From the NCBI GenBank assembly GCA_023381555.1, contig JAMCRV010000114.1, forward strand, positions 2,899 to 66,898: a stretch of DNA of 64,000 nt. The letters run 5' to 3'. A program made the translations under genes and the position numbers. This DNA is from Chloroflexota bacterium. GTDB taxonomy: Bacteria > Chloroflexota > UBA4733. The notes below the pieces were generated by a model, which made no database searches, was not told where the DNA came from, and saw only the letters and a program-made list of their open reading frames with translations. Below are positions 60,201 to 64,000 of this stretch, piece after piece (position 1 is the stretch's first letter; each line of letters starts with the position of its first letter).

Positions 60201-60835
60201 AGACTTTCCGGCGGGAGCACGGGGCCGAGTTTGGGGGGATCCGCGACGACGCCAACCGCATGCTCTACCTGGACGTGCCGGTACCCGAGCTGCGCCGCTT
60301 TATCGAAGACTGGCGGACGTTAAGCAACGAGCACAGCGTAACGGAGCCGCCGCGCTGGAACGAATTGGCGGCGGCATATCGGGCAGCCAAAGAGGCACTG
60401 GCCCGTCAGGCCACAACCTGGCGGGAGGAGACAACGACCGAGCTGGCGCAGCTGGAAGCCCAACTGCCAGAGCAAGTCGCCGCCAAGGGAGCGCCGCCCG
60501 CCCAGATGGAGAGCGAGCTGGCTCGCTTACGCGAGGCGCTGGCGCCGGCCCGGCAGCACCTGGAGACTGCCGGCAGCGACATCGGTGCCCTACGGGAAGC
60601 CCGCCACACGCTCGCTGCCGCGCAGTTGGAGTTGCCGCGGCTGTTGCGAGAAATCGAGCTTCGCTACGCTCCGGAGCCGGTGCCGAATACCGATGGGTAC
60701 GACGGCGGGGACAACGGAGCGCTCCGCATCCCGCCGGAGGAAGACCTGGAGACAGCGCTGTCCGGCTTGCGGCAGCGTCTCCAGAATCTCCAGGAGCAAG
60801 GGAAGACAGTCATCGTCACGGTCAAGGTGGAATAG
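57218..60835 (+). CDS. brxC: BrxC/PglY-like P-loop ATPase
   Basis: About 1205 aa with Walker A GFFGSGKS (57428..57451), Walker B-like VLLQLDELGQW, and a C-terminal coiled coil. ATG 57218 overlaps the brxB stop (TAATG); the track start is GTG 57212. Confidence 0.75.
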   Translation: MAIRDLFATRIQERIEPVVKIADRRPAVLAGELSALVVTPQWEQYLRRILDAYVDAADRDDEQAIGIWISGFFGSGKSLLLKVLGALLEGGELGGRSVHEMFLERLPANSPDRTELQHLLTASAHRVSATAVGGNLHALIGDTSDTLALITFKLFAQARGYTTNWALAWAVEYQLDRRGSTAAFQQHAASLCECDWEDLAADADFYAGQLYQAAADTLPEHFAGGAAAVERAVAGATRNGIDARMLVERLRTWCEARDAHGRRHKVLLQLDELGQWIGGDPHNRTMQVAALAEEAAVHGGGRVWIGVTAHGDVQELSQNIQQEYYAKIVQRFGTRYKLSNEEMGQVVEQRVLQKTQPGRRELEQRFDARSGELTDLGTLERPQRVYASPDRRSVALFYPYLPWTVAVVPDIVKNIALAAGRGEALSGATRTMIGVVQGGIIETPGLLDGPVGPLLSLADVYDQVSSDVPIETKTDLNSVLKSVPEATAFTVRVARGLYLLGKAEYIPPTLENVTRALAGGLDTDLGALRRQVQTELVRLIDAGYAKQVGEEYVFLSTQQRGFQARVRERQGELESRSYELVQALKEFESDEALRFDRPAIAGGREIPLKLEIDERTVRNIGASVTLRVYSPLQRALDPAIGDDVTLNQRSNGEPNSIIVRLGEAPDLRKKLALTLATAQVAEETLSATPNGPEAEVARQARQNDLPSFRTDVRRLLAQAVRNAVLFFRGSGYQLAAGDSPAGAVRATLAQLLPQVYPRFADVPQRIANEESAVRTALAGAANSDLQALGVYKADKSINEAHVLLTTLRGELPVEGQDTLPVLAEQIRTKLEGPPFGWDGNCVKVGLALLLRCSGCKLIDNGQPVTDPTNPEASLLLTREQRFKNLRVVAVRGTLTMPEQIQIRTALEEIFHEKASLVPATLNARLGTGLDALVRRAQDLSSWANAARCPLPLAFESGLSRAGDLASVTAPAVRLQRFLGEREALRDWAALVDELETFRREHGAEFGGIRDDANRMLYLDVPVPELRRFIEDWRTLSNEHSVTEPPRWNELAAAYRAAKEALARQATTWREETTTELAQLEAQLPEQVAAKGAPPAQMESELARLREALAPARQHLETAGSDIGALREARHTLAAAQLELPRLLREIELRYAPEPVPNTDGYDGGDNGALRIPPEEDLETALSGLRQRLQNLQEQGKTVIVTVKVE

Positions 60836-60851
60836 CGGGCAGAGGGCAATA

Positions 60852-62909
60852 ATGCAGAAACGCCAGAAGGATCTCCTCCGTGCCGTCGTCCTGGATCTAC
60901 GTCACACGCTCGCCGGCAACACGACCAACGGTAAACAGGTGCGCGGCGACCTGGATCGCGAGCTGGCGCGGCTGGGCGTGGCGCCTGACGGCACGCTGAC
61001 ACCCTTCGACATCGTCGCCAACCCGGCGACCCACGAGCGGCGAGCGCGCCAGGTAGCGGAAGCAGAACTGGCCGGCCTGCCGGGGGCTGAACGCCCGGTG
61101 GCGCGAACAGAACTGGTGGAACACGCCGCCTACTCCTGGATCAACCGGCTGCTGGCGCTGCGGGCGATGGAGGCGCGTGGACTGATTGGGGAGACGCTGC
61201 GTCCCAACCCGGACTACGACGGCCAGCCGGAAGCGCTCTACATCCTCGCCACCACCGACCCGGCGCGCGCCGCCGCGGCCGATCGAGGCTGGTGGAAGGT
61301 GATCGAGGACGTCTGCGCCGGCCAGGCCGCCAGCCTGCCGGGCCTCTTCGGCGCCGGTGACCCCAACACCGCCCTGCGCCCCAGTGTCGCCGCCCTCTTG
61401 CACATCGTTGCCGCCCTTGGCGGCAGCCAGCTACCGGGCTTCACGCTGGAGGACTGCGATGCCGCCTTCTCTGACCCTGACGCCACCGGCTGGGCCTACC
61501 AGTTCTATCAAGAAGAAGCGAAGGCGCAGGTCTACGCCACGCTCAAGGCGGGCGGCAAGGTGACCACGCGGGCTGAGATTGCCGCCGCCACCCAGTTGTT
61601 CACCGAACCCTACATGGTGCAGTGGCTGCTCCAGAACAGTCTCGGCCGCAGCTACCACGAGGCGTATCCAGCAAGCAAGCTGCCGGAGACCTGGCCCTAC
61701 TACATCCGGCCGGAAAGGCTCGACCAGCCGGCCGTCCCGAGCCTCGCCGGTCTCACCGTCATGGACCCGTGCATGGGCAGCGGCCACTTCCTGCGCGAAG
61801 CGTTTGACATGCTCGCGGCAATGTACCGCGAGCAGCAGCCAGTATTGACTGCCGCGGAGATTGCCGGCCGCATCCTGGGTGTGCACCTGCACGGCATCGA
61901 CATCGATCCGCGCGCTGCCCAACTGGCCGCGCTCACCCTTTACCTGCGCGCTTGGGAGCTCGTGCGTGACGAGCGTAAGAGCCGGCGCGTAGCCGGTCTT
62001 GCGCCCTACCGGCCGCCGGTGATGAATCTGGCCACGACGCCCAGCCGCCTGGACACAGGCGTGCTGGACCGCCATCTGCGCCGCCATCCCGAAGATCTGG
62101 TCTTCAAAGACCTGCTGGAAGAGATCTTCGCCTCCCTGGAGCAAGCCGGCATCCTCGGCAGTCTGCTGAAGCCGGAGGAACACCTTGACGCCGGCATCAA
62201 CAAGCTGCGCCGCACGCATACGCAACGCATGGACAGCGACCCCACGGCAATGCAGTTGCGCGCCACCGTCACCCGCCTCATTCAGGATGACCCGGCAGAC
62301 GCCAAGCGTCTACTCTTGGAGCGGGTGGCGGCGATCTTCAACGCCGAGGCTGCGAACACGGGTGATGTCGGGGATCAGCTCTTCGGACGTGAGGCGGAGC
62401 AGGGCGTGCGGCTGGTGCAGTTGCTCGACCGGCACTACGCGGTAGTGGTGACGAATCCGCCGTACATGGGCAGCGCAAACATGGACCGCCCGCTGCGCAG
62501 CTACGTGGAGCGACAGTACCCAGCGGGCAAGCGCGACCTCTATGCCACCTTCATCCAGCGCTGCCTGCAACTCGCTGCAGCTCAGGGCAAGGTGGCGATG
62601 GTGACGCAGCAGTCCTGGATGTTCCTGCGCTCGTTCGCCGACCTGCGCAAGGGCATCCTGGAGCAGCAGACGGTCGACTGTCTCGCGCACCTTGGCCCAC
62701 GTGCCTTCGAAGAAATCTCCGGCGAGGTGGTCAACATCGCACTCTTCGTGGTCACGCAGGCGATACCCAGGCAAGATCACCGGCTGTGGGCGGCGCGGCT
62801 GATCGGACCGAAGAGCCCGGCGGAGAAGGATAAGCTGTTACGGGAGGTGGTGGCGGGTGGGACGCAGACCGAGTCCCGATCACAGCAGGAGATGGAGGCA
62901 GCGCGATGA
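60852..62909 (+). CDS. pglX: PglX-like N6-adenine DNA methyltransferase, short form (685 aa)
   Basis: Contains AYSWINRLLALRAMEARG, QLFTEPYMVQWLLQNSLG, motif I DPCMGSGHF (from 61764) and motif IV TNPPYMG (NPPY at 62454..62465). It ends 147 aa after NPPY. The track ORF start at 60585 lies inside brxC. Confidence 0.8.
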   Translation: MQKRQKDLLRAVVLDLRHTLAGNTTNGKQVRGDLDRELARLGVAPDGTLTPFDIVANPATHERRARQVAEAELAGLPGAERPVARTELVEHAAYSWINRLLALRAMEARGLIGETLRPNPDYDGQPEALYILATTDPARAAAADRGWWKVIEDVCAGQAASLPGLFGAGDPNTALRPSVAALLHIVAALGGSQLPGFTLEDCDAAFSDPDATGWAYQFYQEEAKAQVYATLKAGGKVTTRAEIAAATQLFTEPYMVQWLLQNSLGRSYHEAYPASKLPETWPYYIRPERLDQPAVPSLAGLTVMDPCMGSGHFLREAFDMLAAMYREQQPVLTAAEIAGRILGVHLHGIDIDPRAAQLAALTLYLRAWELVRDERKSRRVAGLAPYRPPVMNLATTPSRLDTGVLDRHLRRHPEDLVFKDLLEEIFASLEQAGILGSLLKPEEHLDAGINKLRRTHTQRMDSDPTAMQLRATVTRLIQDDPADAKRLLLERVAAIFNAEAANTGDVGDQLFGREAEQGVRLVQLLDRHYAVVVTNPPYMGSANMDRPLRSYVERQYPAGKRDLYATFIQRCLQLAAAQGKVAMVTQQSWMFLRSFADLRKGILEQQTVDCLAHLGPRAFEEISGEVVNIALFVVTQAIPRQDHRLWAARLIGPKSPAEKDKLLREVVAGGTQTESRSQQEMEAAR

Positions 62910-63895
62910 GCCCTGTTCCCTATGAGTGGCGACTGCACGCCGAGAGCGACTTGTGGACCGGATCGGTGAAGATAGAGCAGAGGGACAGTCAGCCGAGCGA
63001 GCGAATTGTCCCCGACAAGCTTGTTACCACTGGCCTACTCGGCTCCATTCGCTGGTGGTTTGAGGTGCTGGTTCGCGGCCTTGGCGGCGCCGCATGTGAT
63101 CCATCTGGCGGAGGCGGCAATGATCGTTGCCCAGACCAGGGTGGTAAGCACTGCGTTGTCTGCGAGCTGTTTGGTTGTACGGGCTGGGCGCGCAAGTTCC
63201 GGTTCGAGGTGCGGGATCCGAGCGGTGCGGTCGTGGGCGACCAGATCAAGAGGGACGCCGTCTTCACCCTCCGCTTCACCCCGCTCCGCCCTATCCTGGC
63301 GGAGGAGTGGGCTTTGCTCGATCTGACGCTCCGGCTCATCGCCAACTACGGCGCCATCGGCGGCAAGACGGTGCTCAAGCCATCCGACGAAGCGAATCGC
63401 ATGCGCCTACAGCATCATCTGGACTACGGCATCATCTCAGTTGACGGGCGTCCAACTGTCCCACACGCGTCAAGATTGGAACTCGAAAGCTATGTGCGTG
63501 ACCCCCGTTGGCGGAAACCGCCCCAGACAGACTTCGAATGGGCATCGCTCACCACCTTCTGGTGCGTGAATGACAGCTACCTCGCCAGGCAAGATCCCAG
63601 CCAGAGCACCTTCAATAGGGTCCTGGGTCGAACGGAACCGAAGAATCAGGGCCAGCAGCTGGCGACCAACGATAGGGCAAGCCGGTGGCTCGCCGGACGG
63701 CAGCAAGAGAGCAAGAAGGTCTTCAGCTTCAAGAATCCGCCCCGCACATTCGGATTTGTCAACCCCGGAGTCATCACCTTCGATCAGACGAAGCAGCGCC
63801 TGACGCGGGCATGGGTGAACTTCCGTCCGGATGACTTCGTGACCGGTGACGTTATTCTCGCGCGTCTCACGACACAAGATGGACAGATCCCGTGA
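62906..63895 (+). CDS. RAMP-superfamily protein, Cmr1-like (type III CRISPR-associated family)
   Basis: 329 aa with GSIRWWFEVLVRGL (63041..), CVVCELFGCTGW (63152..63187), a glycine loop NYGAIGGKT (63344..), and C-terminal RTFGFVNPG. Its ATG overlaps the pglX stop (ATGA). Assigned by motif resemblance only. Confidence 0.55.
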   Translation: MSPVPYEWRLHAESDLWTGSVKIEQRDSQPSERIVPDKLVTTGLLGSIRWWFEVLVRGLGGAACDPSGGGGNDRCPDQGGKHCVVCELFGCTGWARKFRFEVRDPSGAVVGDQIKRDAVFTLRFTPLRPILAEEWALLDLTLRLIANYGAIGGKTVLKPSDEANRMRLQHHLDYGIISVDGRPTVPHASRLELESYVRDPRWRKPPQTDFEWASLTTFWCVNDSYLARQDPSQSTFNRVLGRTEPKNQGQQLATNDRASRWLAGRQQESKKVFSFKNPPRTFGFVNPGVITFDQTKQRLTRAWVNFRPDDFVTGDVILARLTTQDGQIP

Positions 63896-64000
63896 CATTC
63901 GAGCTGTACACCGATCTGGCCACCCAAACCTCTTGCCCTACCGACGGCCCGCTGCCCGCGGGGCTGGCATCCGGATTCGTGGACGGATGCACCTTTTGGT
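63892..64000 (+). CDS. 5' end of an unidentified gene running off the window
   Basis: The GTG at 63892 overlaps the RAMP stop (GTGA). There are 36 open GC3-rich codons (VTFELYTDLATQTSCPTDGPLPAGLASGFVDGCTFW) and no recognisable motif. Confidence 0.35.
   Translation, partial: MTFELYTDLATQTSCPTDGPLPAGLASGFVDGCTFW

Noticed and set aside
60585-60851. Upstream extension of the pglX ORF, giving the 774-aa track version.
   Set aside because: The extension lies entirely inside the brxC coding frame. The ATG at 60852, 17 nt after the brxC stop, gives a PglX-like N-terminus.
59528-62225. Several 220-264-aa minus-strand ORFs inside brxC and pglX (59528..60220, 59587..60261, 61431..62225). I considered them as possible overlapping or antisense defence genes.
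   Set aside because: Their composition is low-complexity Arg/Ala/Gly-rich, they have no motifs, and they lie fully within strongly supported sense genes. This is most parsimoniously a GC-driven lack of stops.

Overview
This is a 64-kb high-GC bacterial chromosomal segment, tightly packed with about 55 supportable protein-coding genes, many with 1-11 nt start/stop overlaps. I recognised no rRNA, tRNA or CRISPR array by eye. Positions 1-55.5 kb are ordinary housekeeping: DEAD-box helicase, ispH, a sugar ABC transporter, birA-lysS-serS, clpB, aldehyde dehydrogenase, ychF, an M23 peptidase with ftsE and ftsX, parA, an E2-lipA-lipB-acpS-fabD cluster, ispDF, cysS, sucA-sucB, a CDGSH/Rieske/reductase trio, ftsW/rodA, a WecA-like transferase, a PNP, a Xer recombinase, an IlvD-family dehydratase, a YfhO-like membrane protein, rpmI-rplT, and others. 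From 55.9 kb to the window end the character changes to a defence island. It holds a BREX-like cassette, brxA-brxB-brxC-pglX. The PglX-like methyltransferase stops about 147 aa after its NPPY motif, so the large C-terminal region typical of PglX is missing. Its stop overlaps (ATGA) the start of a Cmr1-like RAMP gene of the type III CRISPR family. That gene is in turn GTGA-coupled to a further ORF running off the window. No pglZ, brxL, cas10, cas6, cas1/2 or CRISPR array is visible. This BREX/RAMP junction is the best candidate for something new. It could be a dead, recombined BREX or a genuine hybrid, and the window alone cannot decide. A second notable signal is a 119/129-nt palindromic intergenic element present twice (12.5 kb and 21.3 kb). 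Its flanks are co-oriented but its central 14-nt loop is exactly inverted between the copies. All calls rest on motif reading of the supplied translations and DNA; no database search was possible.
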